64,000 bases of DNA from Raillietiella orientalis (taxonomy: Eukaryota): the NCBI GenBank assembly GCA_036172245.1, contig JAYWIR010000012.1:868001-932000 (forward strand), read 5' to 3'. The notes beneath the pieces were generated by a model that ran no database searches, was not told the DNA's origin, and was given only the letters and a program-made list of their open reading frames with translations. Made by a program: the position numbers and the translations under genes. How positions within the stretch are numbered: the stretch's first letter is position 1; every line of letters starts with the position of its first letter. Shown here piece by piece: positions 49,101 through 62,230 of this stretch.

Positions 49101-50494
49101 TGAGGAACCTGTAATACCAGACTGAATGTACCTTGCTTTGGAATCATGGTCGTAATTGAATCTCATGTCTATCGCACTTGCAGAATGTCGGTTTCAGAAT
49201 GTGGTACACGAAAATCATGTAGAAAAAGTGGGACGAAATTTTGAGCACGCATGGTGGTGCGTGACAAGTCTTAAAACGGCGACGGATTCTGCAAATGTGG
49301 GACGGCTGGTCACCTTAACTTACCGACATCTTCGGCGGATGCTGTGTGACTGCACCGACCGTGGCCACAGCAGCACGGCATGTGGGGGAAGCCTGACTGA
49401 CGTGTACGGTTAAAAAAAGCAGTCTTCCCCCTATCGGTCCATGCTGTCATCGGGAAACGGAATCGTTGAGTTCTACTCTTCGGCGAAGAGCAAAACTGCA
49501 TTTCATTCGAGATCTAGCATGCTAGGTGATGCTTTTTCTATGTGTGATCAAATTTTTTCCATAACGCGAATAACAACAGTATAGGTAAAAAAAAAAAAAG
49601 TCAGCAGGTCTTGTCCCCCTATTTTTTGCATTTGTCAAGGTGCAGTGTGTGCGTCGCGGTGTGCCTCCAATTGATTCTCTCGGGAAGCATCAGTCTGTTT
49701 CCCAGGAATTCAAATTCGAGGCTTCATTTCTTAATGCCCGTTTTTATATACGTACGCCACGTGTATTTACCGAGTTCTTAATCAAAATGCAAAAGAATTG
49801 GCGGGTAGAAAAGTAATTGAAAAGTTGTGGTTTATCGATCTCTCTGCGTAGTCTTCAGATTTCTTCATTCTCCGACTCCCATTGTGAGATTTCATGATTC
49901 CATGTATTGATATTGTAAAGAGGATGTGGCATCAGTTTCGATTATGGTGGATGTCAAGTGGTGAATGTTCATACCATCCCAGGATCAGATTTTCAGTTGG
50001 TGCAGCAATCATCCAAAGTTATGAAAAATGATTTCAAGCATTTATAGAGTGCACCTCGAATGTTTTCTATTGCAGTTATTGGCTGTAAAGGTATATATTT
50101 CGGCATCAGTTGATATCCCCAGTATCCCTAATTCATAAACATTTTCAAGTTTATTTTATCACATGTTTTGGCTCGAATGCCCAATTTTTATCAAGTGTTC
50201 CGTGGAAATTTCTTGTATTTCCATTCATTAAGAGTTCTTCATGAAAGGTAGTACATTACTGTTGCTTTGGACTGTATTAGGTTTCAGACTGTGATTCTTA
50301 ACACCATTCAAGGAAGTGTAGACAATGCATGGGTGGATTTGTAGTCAGGAATTAAAGACACTTGAACCAGATCGGCAAGTTATCCATGAATTACTCTCAT
50401 TTTAAAAGTAGGCGCTGTTTCTTCTTCAAAAAAGGGGTAGTCAAACAATTTGCAAATTCCATTTTGGAAAGTGTTTTCCATGGCATGCTGTGGT

Positions 50495-51604
50495 TCAGTT
50501 CTGGATAGAATTTGACAAAGTTTTTGTCTGGTAAACACCATTCATTAGATCATAAACTTGTCTGATCAGATCATCCAAACTGTCTTTCATCAGTCCTTTT
50601 GTTGAGATAGGAGGAAGAACTGTGACATGCACATCCCCTTGATAAAAGAGTGACAAACAGTAGCTTCATAGATACTTTACCTGAAGCGAAAATTTTTTTT
50701 TGAAAATCAAGAAATGAGGCAAATGAAGAATACACAACTGGAATTATAGGTATTTGGCAGTTAATAGCTAGATGGAATGCTCCTTTTTTGAAAGGCAACA
50801 AACATTCTTGACTGTAATTGCGTGTTCCTTCTGGATAGATCCATATCTTGAGCTAAAAATTACATTGCATGTGAGAACAAAGTATTTTCTATTTTCATTT
50901 GTAAATTTGTTTACTTTATCATTAATTATCCTTTCTTCTGTTTTGCTGAGCTCAAGTTTTGCATTTGCACTTTTTTGTCTGTCCAAAAATATACAACCAG
51001 CACTCCACATTACAAGTCCTAGAGGCCCTGTAGTATATAATAATTCTTTTTTGGAAACAATTCTGCAGTTATTAACGTATTTCCATGCTTCTGCAATTCC
51101 TGTAACCACAGTGTTGTTAGAAATATGGATGCAACCATAAGAACTTCAAACATGCTTTTGTAGAGCTATAGAAAACATGCTTCTAATACTGTTAGGACTC
51201 CATATCAAAAAGGAGGAAAATATCTAATAGTACATGAAAAAACTCTAGTTAGTTGTCAACGTTAGAAACCAAAATATGAAATAACATTAACCTAATATGT
51301 CTAGAGAGCTTTGATGGTTTACTAAGATTATCGCAGGCCCCTCTGTTGCCAAATGTTCTGTTCCTTTAAAGTGCCACTTAATATTAAATATCTTGCATAA
51401 ATTCTTCAAAATTAATGCACCTAACCTGCGATTATCACATAAATTTCCTTTAAAAATTAACAAAAAGAAAAAAAGTAACCTGGTGTTGTCAAAATTTCTT
51501 GGTCTGGTTATGAATACTGGTAAAGCAATAGAGGCTGCTATTATAATGAAAAAGTGATAAACAGCGAGTTTTATGTAGAACAAAATTTGTGCCGTCACTG
51601 CCAT
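50495..51604 (-). CDS. 1-acyl-sn-glycerol-3-phosphate acyltransferase (LPAAT, AGPAT1/2-like), 252 aa; exons 51480-51604, 51292-51425, 50915-51099, 50681-50852, 50495-50637
   Basis: [35 protein letters not shown] motifs; GT-AG introns of 54, 192, 62 and 43 nt keep the frame. Confidence 0.93.
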
Positions 51605-54600
51605 TTACAGTGCACTGTTTTTAAATGTTTTGCTTAGCCGAATCTAAAAGCAAGATTTGTTTTACTTTTAGAAAGCAGTAAAAATAAAAAACTTTCATCA
51701 CCTCACCAACAGATGCCTGCTCAGGCGACAGATATTCGTGTTTTTTTTGTACACTTGATTTTAATGAGTAACTGCCTCGTGTATAACTCATTCCACATTG
51801 AAAAAATTCAAAAACTAGCAAGTGGCCTTGCCTGCTGTGGTTGATTACCTTGACCTAATAACTAAGGTCATCACCATGCAGCCTAGATGACCATGCGAGT
51901 TGTCTGTTGGGGATATGCACTTCAGCGTAAATTAATCTGTGGATTTAAGAAACCGCTGTTTGGTAATTTTTTTTTCTGAGGTTGATTGCTTTTGGGTCCA
52001 GGCAGGATGATTTTCGGAAGGAATCGCAGCCGTGCCCTCAAAGGGAGAATCTCGTCTCCAGAGTTTCTTTCGGGACAGAAGAGAATTGCGAGCGAGTCTG
52101 GGAATTCCTGGCAGGGAATGCACACTTTTCGACGATTTTGCGTGCGTGTTGGCTTGGTTTTCACATTCCACAAGCAAATGGAAGCGGACTCTCTCTCCCG
52201 TGCTCGTGTGCTCATCTCTCACGAGCAACGGTTCGTCATCCGAACGAGCGACGAGACGATCCCGGATCGCCCCCGCTTCTCTTGAAACATCCGATCTGGA
52301 CCAGGACCCCACGTCGGCACCCCGCAGAGCAGCAGCTGTTTCTTGGCCAGGCTGGTTGGCCTCGTAAAATGATCTCGTCAAACGCCCGAAGCAGCTGCTC
52401 TCGCAATCACGTGAATAAAGGGAGGAATGGCGACTTCGGGTGAAATCTCCGGAAGTACCTTTTTTGTTTCATTTCTGGAACTTTTTCATCGAGGTGAATG
52501 TTTTTCTGCTACTCTTGGGACTTCCATGGCTTTCGTATGAAGGATTTGTAAGTGCGCTGGAGACCGAATACCTATGCATCTGCGTGGCAACGATCTTGGA
52601 TCTGCGGGACTATTAATAGTGATGAATGCATTTTTCAGGGAAGAAAAGCTGCCAGGGTCATAATTCCATGCCGTTTTTATCGTTTTGAAACTGGAAAACG
52701 TTCGTTCACAGGGCGTGTTGGTTGTTTCCGCCGTTTCTCCTGTATTCTGTGCAGGCTGCGAATGTTCTTGCCCTTTCCGTATTGGTTGAGCGTTCGCAAA
52801 CGGTTACTGCGGGAACGCATTTCGGCGAACGATGCAGCAAAGGCACCATCCAAAAGACATTCGTTCAAGACGAGAAAGCAGTTACGTCCATGCCTCGTTA
52901 CGTGGAAGAACAGCAGCACATCGGCAATGAGGACGAGAAGAGAAAAAAAACAGAAAAAACAATATAACGGGGATGAAAGAAGAGAATCCGCAAAGGAAAC
53001 TCTCGTTTCACAGGAAACAAAGGCACTAAAGCAATCTGCATTTGCAGCGACCAAGGCATAAGCATGGAATAGCACTCGGAGAGCCATAAAACAATAAAGA
53101 ATTTGAGGATGAAATAACACGAGAAAACATCGTAAACTCGAAAACAATGGAGCTGGAAGGAACAGGAGAGAAAAGGATGCAAGAAAGCTGAAAATTCCAA
53201 GATGAGTAAGAAGCGACAGTTTCAAAGCAATTTTGGAAACAGTTGCGTGAGATCAAAGACTCGAGTTCGGTGCCTGTCAGCGATTCCGTGGATGTCGAGC
53301 CGCCACAGAAAGAGAAAATGCCACCAGCATGATGTAATCGTGCGCCTCTCTTGTGTCCTGCATATTTCGTAATGGTTGGAAATCCTCCGGTGTTTCAAGT
53401 ACCAGCTCCGTTGGTTAACTGTGGCATCCCGTCAGAAAGTTCAGTAAACCTCCTTCGATGTTGTGTCGCACTCAGCTCTTGTGCTCAGTGGGAGAGTCAG
53501 ATTTGACCTGCCTGCATACGTGGTTCCCTTTTGCAGGAAGTGAGTGGAAAGAAAGAATCCGGACGAGCAGCCGATCAAGAGCCGAAGCAATTTCGTTAAC
53601 AGCGTAACGGTACATTGGAACGGCTGAACCGCTCCGCAGGATGCACGAATTCACGCGAAAAATGTGTTCTCGTAAGTTTCCATGGTCGCGTTTCCTCGTA
53701 TTGGTTCGACGCACGCCAAGTGAACTTTCAGCAAATTCGCATCCCCTTGGCGCACGAGTTCCCGAGAACGCGCCAACTGGAGGTATCCAAAAGTGCAAGT
53801 TGAATTCATGTTTTAAGTAAACGTGACTGCAGGCGCTCATCTCCGAGCCCTGCACGCGAGTACGGAGGCTGCAGTACACGCACGGTGGGGTGAGATGATT
53901 CTTGCAAGCCTCTCCAACCACAACGAATGGTGCAGCTCTACATCTGCTCCTGAAGAAACTCCTTTTCGTGCCTTTATTGTCGACGTCGCTGCATCCCTCG
54001 ATTTCTTTCTTTTGTTCAGGAAGTGCTGCCTGGATGATGCTCCACAAAAATAGTTCCACCTCCTTTGCGGAAGGAAGTGAGAAGGCATCTGCTTCCACGA
54101 GCCGTAGACCGGATACTTCCCTGCCATCCTCACCAGATAAATTAAGTTGCGGTCGCGACGTGGCAGGTTTTTCGTCTTCAGCGGCAGTTGGAAATTGCGG
54201 ACGGAAGCTAGTTTGCTTCACATTGGAGCTCTTCTCTCGAGCAGCTCCGCTCGCATCGTGACTCCAGCAACGGCTCGACATTTGTTTCTAATTAATGAGT
54301 AATCCAAACACGTAGAACTCTTTGGGACGGTAAGTAAGAACTGATGACGTTCTGTCCACCCACCTATGCATCGTGATATACATTATACCGAATGAGAGCC
54401 TTTGCGCGAGACCAGGTCATCCGACTGTATGTTTACTTTACGATCCTTCTAGAAGATCGCGATCCTAACTCGAAAATGAGGGATCAGGCGCGGCGCAGCA
54501 TTGGCATCGAAGGTCAACTGAAGGACTCGGAGTATGATTTCCCAGGATTCCCTTTATTGCCTTTTTGCTTGCGATTTTTCCGTGTTCTTTCGGGTGCCCT

Positions 54601-55545
54601 CAGGTGCCTTTCATGATCCAGTTTGCTTCCATAAAGTTGCACGCTACAGTGCACCTGCAGCGCCTGTATGGTGCATTTTCATTTCATGAGATCTTGTATT
54701 TCCCGATATTGGTCCTTATATTCATTATAAGTGTTCAATGTTAATATATTCATAATTATTTGTTTATTGTCTATTCATTATGAAGTTTCAAATGTTTTCA
54801 GAATTTCAGCTTCATTATGTGTTGTTCATTGCATTGTATTAGATTACAGTGTAATGACCCTTTCAGAATGGATCTTTGCAAAACGCATGCCCTTCTTCGC
54901 CCTTCATTTGCATGAAACAATTCAATTGCTTGGACAGGTGGCAATCCATACAATAGATGTTCCCTCCTATACAGGGTAATCGTGTAAGTCTGTAAGGAGG
55001 GAAATCGTCGCTGGTAGTTTCAGTCCCAGTCAAGTCCTGCCACAGGTTGTCCCAAGGAATGCATTCTTACAAAGTCTCTCTGCCCTAAGCATGCCTTCTA
55101 AGCTTTGATGACGATGAAAACCCGCGTATTTTGACAGCGCCTCCTGATGCAGCTTCACAAAGGCAATCATCAGCTGCCGCATCTCTCTGACGTAGATGAA
55201 AGTGCTGCCGCCGTAGGTCGCACGATTGCCTCTTTATATCAGTGGACTGCCTGCGTGCGATGAACGAAACTTCGACCTATAAAGTTCAAAAAAAGTGTCA
55301 TCCTGATTGGGATCCTTAGAAGATATGGCACTTGCAGCTGCAAGTTATCGCCATCATGTTGCTACAAGAATTGCTGTTGATAGTGTTGCGTCTTCACAGA
55401 ACTCCATCGCCCGGTGACGCCAAGGCGTTTCTTCAAAACAACAAACCAATCGGGAGCACAGTTCCAAACAAATAGAAAATTCAACAGGTACCACCTACAC
55501 ACACGTCGTCCACTCTAAACGTTCGGAACGGGTGGGTCTTTGGTA

Positions 55546-57020
55546 TCAGCCCGGGTCTTTGACATCGCCCGCTCCTTCTTCAAAAACCGGGAAAATTCCT
55601 GAGTCGGTGGAATGGGACAATAAATAAATAAATAAAAAGGTGGGAGGAGACAGGATCTTTGGCCTCGACCGTTCCTTTCTTCTAGAACCGGCGTTGGATG
55701 TCGGTGATCTCTGTTCGTACCTGTGTAACCAGGTGAGGCTACCTAGCAACCGTCCTCGTGTAGGTGACTGCCTTGCTGGTGACCCCCATTCGCTGCGCTT
55801 GCGTCTGAAAGACATGGCCGTGGCAATGACGCCGATGATCACTGCACCTGCTGAGAGTTCGCAGCGCGAGAAGAATCGCTGTAACAGGTCTCGTATGCGG
55901 TGTTCAGCTGGCACAAGAGCTCTGAATCCACCACGGTTCCTGGAGGCGCACCGCATTCCACAAGAAGACATGGGGTGGATTCCACCGACCCGCAACTGGG
56001 ACGGTTCGGCTAAAGAACTCCCCCTGAAACAAGCTTCAGGGACTGGTTGCACTGGACATCCCAGTAAGGGAACAGCAGCAGCCTGTTTCCTACTTATTGG
56101 GAACACTGAAGTGTTTAGGCACAAGAGAGGGACCACTTGGTCATGGGGGAGGGGGGACACCCCTAATAGTTCGTACCACCCACGTACTCCCATTGCTTGG
56201 GAGCGAGAAGTGGCGGCGTCCACCAGCCCACTCGTTGTCTAGTCGCCCAGTAGTTGGGTCGCTCCTGCAATGGTTCAGAACTCCCGCCCCAGAACTCCTG
56301 CAATGGTCCTGAGGGTGAGCCACTGTCGTCGCTCACCCTCAGGACGGACAGTTCTGCGGCAAGGACTGTAGCGTCGAGCTCTGCATCACTTCATCCGAGA
56401 GATTTCTCAGGAAGTGACGCAGACAACGGAGTTCCTCTGGTTGCATTCCTTAGTTTGCAATCCAGGACACAACCAGCTCCTGTTGCCGGGCATTCACTGA
56501 GCGGCAGGAGATCCATGGCTGGGCTTCCGTAAGCGAGGCGCGTTGCCTCAGCGGGATGCTGACACCCGCATCCTGTAGCGGCAGCAACGGTTCCTTCGCT
56601 GCCGGCGCATCGTTGAAGGATGAGGCGCGTAGGCTCACACCACGGGAAGTCCACAGTTCGTCGCAGAGTGCAAAACTGAGTTTGCAACCCGACTTTCTCC
56701 AGAGTCAGGATACCTAAATCAGCATCCCGACGCGCAGCATCCAATTCTTTGTGGTCCGCTCCAACAAGGCGAACTTTCCATCGTGGAACGGGCTGAGAAA
56801 CGAGGACGGACTTGAAGGCGAACGCCGAGGTGTTTGAAGTACCTGCCCGTGGGTATCTCTAGGCGGATCCAGTTAGACTGCCCCTCCCACGCCACGCCGA
56901 CCGGGACGAGCGTGGACTTCGTCCTGTTGTAGCGCACGCCCGCTCCCCTATGGAAGAGCACGGAATCCTGGAACCTGGCTGCTGGCTTCATGCAACTTGG
57001 CACCTGGCTTTGCATGTACC
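55546..57020 (-). mobile_element. Degraded Tx1-like 3' portion including the end of RT
   Basis: YNRTKS..FKHLGV (KYLG-like), DLGILTL, LNTSVFPIS, ending similar to the 28628-29508 copy. Confidence 0.7.
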
Positions 57021-58739
57021 GCATCCCAATTCCGGAAAAAGGGAAGTAATAGTGTGGTTAGCAGCATGAAGAACTCTCATAATAACTGGAGTCAGAGGTG
57101 AGATATCATTAATAAAGAAAAACAAGAAGGTAAATTATGACAAGTTTACTACAATTAAAAGGAGGAACTTGGGTCAGATAGGAAGTTCAGACATCTTCCT
57201 GGGCACCCGAGATACCGTTATCGGATGGTACCATTGCTAAAGTGCGAGGCTCTTTTCATGAGTAATGGCCGATAGAATATAAAGAACAAAGTAGAGAAAC
57301 AAAAATGTATTAGTCGTTTTAAACACATGCATCCCCATGTCATCTTTTTACGTGGTCACTATTTTTTTCCAAACGCTTTTGATACCTTAATATGTAATTT
57401 CGGGATGGAAAGGATACTGCTCTCATTCCACTGGTTCCATGGTACCATAAAATACAGTTTATCTCTTCGTTTTGTTTTATTCTTTTTCGAGCACTTTAAA
57501 CCACCTTTACCATTGCACTATCGAGGTGCGTGGCTCCGCTGTCAGTTCAGAGACTCTTTCTCGTAGTGCCTCTGCTTGCTTTGGTCATTGACCAGATCAA
57601 TCTGAAACGAATGGAAATTACTTTAGTGCAATAACCTTCCTTTTACGGTCTTCTTCTGCTTGGACGAATAAGTCGAAGCCTTTGCGTCGTTTCCTAAAGC
57701 GCTGATGACTGTAGGCGTTCGTTCATTCATTTTATGGACAGTTTTTGGACTTCCTTCATGAAAGGAATAATCAAGCATCAGGAGCACCGTTTAGAGTTCC
57801 AGAAAAAATTCTTGTAGAAGTGGTAATACTCCAGATTTGACAGTCCAATCATGCTGCAGCAGCACTCAGCAGATACGAGAAGAATATCTTGAAACTTACG
57901 CACAAGTGCCATTCGGACGAATCTGATTTTCGGCAACATGGTACGTGAAGAGATCTAAGATTGAGGAGCAACAAACAAAGAAAAGGGTTGTTTTTTTCCA
58001 GTCACATTCATTGATTAAGTTGATGAAGTAAAAAATTGCAACTCTAAATGAAACCAGCATCTTTCCTGAGACCAACAGATCTAGTAAGTTCGCAGTTATT
58101 TTCTGATAGAAACATCTGTTTCCATGAAACTTTAAAAGAAAATCAGAGGTGCATAGAAGAAGAACACGAAAAAAAACGAGTGCTGTTCATCATAACAACG
58201 TTAGACATCATGCAACCTCACTTTCCATATGCATGTACCAAACCAGTCCTGTCTTCTCTTGAGAAATGGCTTGTTAAATGCATTGCTCTCGTGATGATTT
58301 GTGGCTGAGTGGACGCGCCTTCGTTTCTTGCCTCCACGTTGCCGAAGGATCGTCAAGGGGATTCACGGTAGGGAAGTGAATGGCTGGGTTTCAGGGGCTG
58401 CGTCCGCAAGGCCGATCCTCCGGTCTGCAGCTCTCGGCAGCTGCTGCCGAGGAATGTGACGACAAACGCGTCCGCGCGGCTGTCGATTCAGCAGAGTGCC
58501 TGCTGCACGCACAGTGACCTTGGTACAGGAGACGAGAGCACAGATGATGACGGAAGGAATTCGAGAGATGCGCTTCCAGGGAGCACGCTACCTTAGAGAC
58601 CGCCTCCTGCTCGAATGCCTGCAGGGAAAGAGCATAAATTCAAAATCTCTTTACAGCCTTCCCTCCGAATTGCTTCCTTCATCGCTTTCCTCTGTCTGCG
58701 TGCGCGGAGGTGGTGCAGGGACGATCCTCTGTGTGGGCA

Positions 58740-59820
58740 TGCCCTGGCACTTCCCAGCATGCTCGGAAGCACAGACTCAGGCAGTCCGTCCATCGAAATG
58801 TCTTGAAGATGAGCAGGCAGCGTTCTTTTTGAGCTTCGCGCGGACTTGCTCTCGAAAGCAGCGGCGCAATGGTCACTGCACCCTTCGCGTGGAACAGAAG
58901 ATAACGAACAAGAGCGCGAGCGAACGGGCGCCGCTGAAATCACCGACCAGTTTGCCCCGCGCAGTTCATCGTCCGCAAGTCCATCGACCGGAGGTTTGTG
59001 GAGGTGGGAGCTGAGACGAGGCGTAATTTCGCTCCAAGCCGAAGCAGCATTCCAAACCGGAACCGGAATGGACCTCGGAGAGGTGGGCTACTACCTCGAT
59101 CTGGAGTGTTCTAGTCACACAGCAGGCCGACTCCTAGGAGGATTTCTGCCGAGCACTTCACAGCGGGAACGCACGCAGCTGTCCAAACACGACGCCCTCT
59201 GTCGGCGCCGCCCAAGTCACCTGTGCTTTTCAAATGGAACCTCTGGTGATGGCAACACCTTCCAGCTCTTCGTGTGCCTCTCCCTCCTCGCAGCAACGGA
59301 TACTGCGATGGTTCTTTCGACCAGGGCTGCGGCCAGGAGGAAACAAGCGGATCGCACATGTCGGAGCTGCCAGGTGCAGGACGAGACGTTGCCCCGAATC
59401 TTAAATCACTGCATGAAGCACTTTCTCCTGCTCACTGCGCATCACAAGGCAATCCAGGAAATGATCAGGATCAGGCAGCAGATAGAGCGAAGCGGGCGCT
59501 GGTGTCAATCAACCAGGATGCTTCAGGAGAAGAGACTCCCCCTTTCGACCAGACCTGATACTACAGAAGGGGAATCGCATAATAATGCTGGACGTCTGCT
59601 GCCCGTTCGGGGATGGAAGAGGGGAGTTCGCTACAGCTAGGAGAAACAAGATGGAGAAGTACAAAGTGGTCCTCCAGCTAAGCAAGGAAGGGAAGCAATG
59701 CAAGGCGCATGCTGTCATAGTCGTTTTATTAGGAGCCTGAGAACCAGAAGATGAAGAGGTGATGTACGATCTTGGAGTTCCTAGGAAACACTCTAGGAGG
59801 ATGAGGCACCGCATGATGCA
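58740..59820 (+). mobile_element. RLE-type (Utopia/NeSL-like) 3' fragment
   Basis: CRSCQVQDETLPRILNHC; RPDLIL..IMLDVCCPF; LLGA*EP. Confidence 0.8.
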
Positions 59821-59829
59821 GCTCCCACC

Positions 59830-60260
59830 TTCGCGAGTCGCCGGACGATCGAACTTGTGGACGGTGAACAGCACGAGGCAAAGTGGTCGGTGACTTCAGC
59901 AGCGCCCGTTCGCTCGCGCTCTTGTTCGTTATCTTCCCTTCCACGCTAAAGATGCAGTGACCATCGCGCCGCTGCTTTCGAAGGCAAGCCCGTGAGAAGC
60001 TCAAGAACACTGCCTGCACGCCAGAGGTCACTGGTCTTTACTTTTTCTGCTTCCGCTTGCTGCCGTCCCGAAAGCCACGACTGGGGCACCATTAGCTCAG
60101 ATGGAGGGCTTGCTCCATCCCTTCGCTTCTAAGTGCTCCAGCAGCTGAATCATCCTCATTGCCCTTCCACTGCGAGCTCCCCTGTTCCCTGCGCTCGCCT
60201 TCAAAACATCTCGACGGACGGACTGCCTGCGTTTGTACTGGAAGTCTGTCCCTGTGCATC
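59830..60260 (-). mobile_element. Inverted second fragment of the same family
   Basis: 59835-60016 is a reverse-complement match to 58817-58995; 60190-60240 matches about 58760-58815. Confidence 0.75.
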
Positions 60261-60839
60261 CAATACTCCAGGGACATCTACGTGATACGCACATCACAGG
60301 AAGAACAACAAAGGAGATGGAAACCTTCTTGCAGCCGGAAGAACCTAGCGATCAGCTCTTGCGAGACGGAGTACACGATGCTGAAAACCCAGCAGAATGA
60401 GGGTCAACAAGCGCCTCAGGTAGACAGCTGAGGAAGCTCGACTGTGGTGCTCCCGAGCTGTGGCGCATGCGTGCTCGAGAGGGACCGCCTCTGACCCTGC
60501 TCGCGGGAAAGCCGCTGCATATACCAAGGCTCCATGAGGCTGCCTCTAAATGCTTGATGGCAGCTCGAAGATGCCTGCGCAGTCCATTACAGGAGAGGAA
60601 GATCGCGAGGAAAGAATCCAAGATTGAGGAGGATTGAAGCGAGGAAGACTGAGAGGAAGATTGGGGAGCTGCGTTCGCTACTTTTGATGTGAACTCAGGT
60701 CCCCGACCCCGTATGGAGGTCTCCCGTCTTTCTCTGCTGCCCCGTTCTTCAGGTCTCCCAGCATCATAGGAGGGCACAAGGGCATAGACCGCTTACCCGC
60801 AGCAAGGAATGGAGCAGCAACCCTACCACACGATCAGGG

Positions 60840-61280
60840 ATGTCTGATGTCTTCCCACAGCTTGCGGTCAGCTCGAAGTCAAAAACTGGAATCCCTAAGG
60901 GAACCTTGGCCCTGATTGTCTCCGAAGGGAACCCCGAAGGGAAGAACACTTCATTGTTCTCACCAGAGGGACGCTCCTCATTTTTATTCCGGAGAGGTCT
61001 CAAGAAGGATTCGCTACTGGAATTTCTTTTCCGGAAGGAACCCGCAAGAGAGCCGCTCTTCGTTTCTTCCTCTGGAGAGAGCCCCGAAGGGACGCTTCCG
61101 AATTTCTCTGGAGGGCGCTCCCCGAAGGGAGCAGTGCCCTTCTTGCACTCTGCAGAAACAACCCCAGAGGATACCAACCACTTCTGCGGTACGCGATGGA
61201 GGGTCTCCCACAAGGGAGAGACGCCTCCATTTTCGTAATCGAAGGGGAACCCCGAAGGACTCCTTGCTTCCTGGAAGACT
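60840..61280. repeat. Degenerate minisatellite-like array
   Basis: Recurring CCCCGAAGGGA / CCCCAGAGGA / CCCACAAGGGA cores, roughly every 30-40 nt. Confidence 0.5.
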
Positions 61281-61299
61281 CTAGAGGATCAATTTCCGA

Positions 61300-62230
61300 T
61301 CCTGGCCAGTCAATGGGGCATCCAATTTCCAGCTTCCACCCTGGTTGCATCCTGGTAGTGCCTGGTTGCAGGAAACCGTTCGCACGTGGGCGAGAATCCA
61401 GGAGCCAAACGCGGAACAGGTGCGATGCTTCTTGCACGCGTGCAACAACAGCTGCACGCTCCGGGAGATCCTGGAAGATCCCGCGAAGAGCGCATGGGCA
61501 AGCAGAACCTCCCTCGCCGCCGCGCTGTGCTCCCTTAGGGAACACACAGACAGCATCCTTACTGCTAGATGGGACGTTGCTTTGAAAATCTTCAAAAGGG
61601 AGAGAAGGACTGAGCGAGTGGACGACGGGCCAGATCACCGATGCTGCGATCCTGGGTGCTCGACCCATGGACTTTTGAGCTGGGGAGTGCTACTGGGTAT
61701 TTCAGAGGAAGACCTGCAGTGGCTCCCAGTGCTCATGGACACCCGCACCCTCCCCTTAAAGTGGCAGGAGTCGGCATTGATGCTGCTGCACTGGGGTCTT
61801 CCTCGTAACGCCCGTCGTCATCATTGAACGCGGGTGTGTGTGGATCCAAACTGTGCAGGTGCGTGGAATGGGAATCTCTCCCACACCTCCTAGTGGACTG
61901 TGTTGCCCCTTTGAGGACACCTTTTTGCGACCCTTGGAACCCCTGGCTGCAACTCCAGAGACGTTTTAAAGCGCCTCTTTCTGCGAGCAGGAATAGGCGT
62001 GCCGCCGCGGTTCTACCACTTCCTTCCATTCCTTGTACCCATTGCCGCCGTAGCCACGGAGGCAATGGGTACAAGGAATGGAAGGAAGGGTATGTTCCCA
62101 GAACGTGTCTTTCACAGAGGGCTCGTGTCGAGAACTGACACGGCTGTAGAAACTCTTGAGGATTTCCCAGTAGCCTGGACCTCATTTCTACTTGACAAAA
62201 TGCTGGAGGCTCTACAGTGGCCACTGTAGA
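61300..62230 (+). mobile_element. Degraded Tx1-like 3' fragment
   Basis: LPLKWQESALMLLHWGLPRN; ESLPHLLVDCVA. Confidence 0.75.

Noticed and set aside
52677..53225. 182 aa hydrophobic ORF that looks like a membrane protein
   Set aside because: Explained by T-rich low complexity on the minus strand; non-ATG start; no motifs
60840..61280. CRISPR-like repeat-spacer appearance
   Set aside because: Repeats are short and non-identical, there are no cas genes, and the context is eukaryotic
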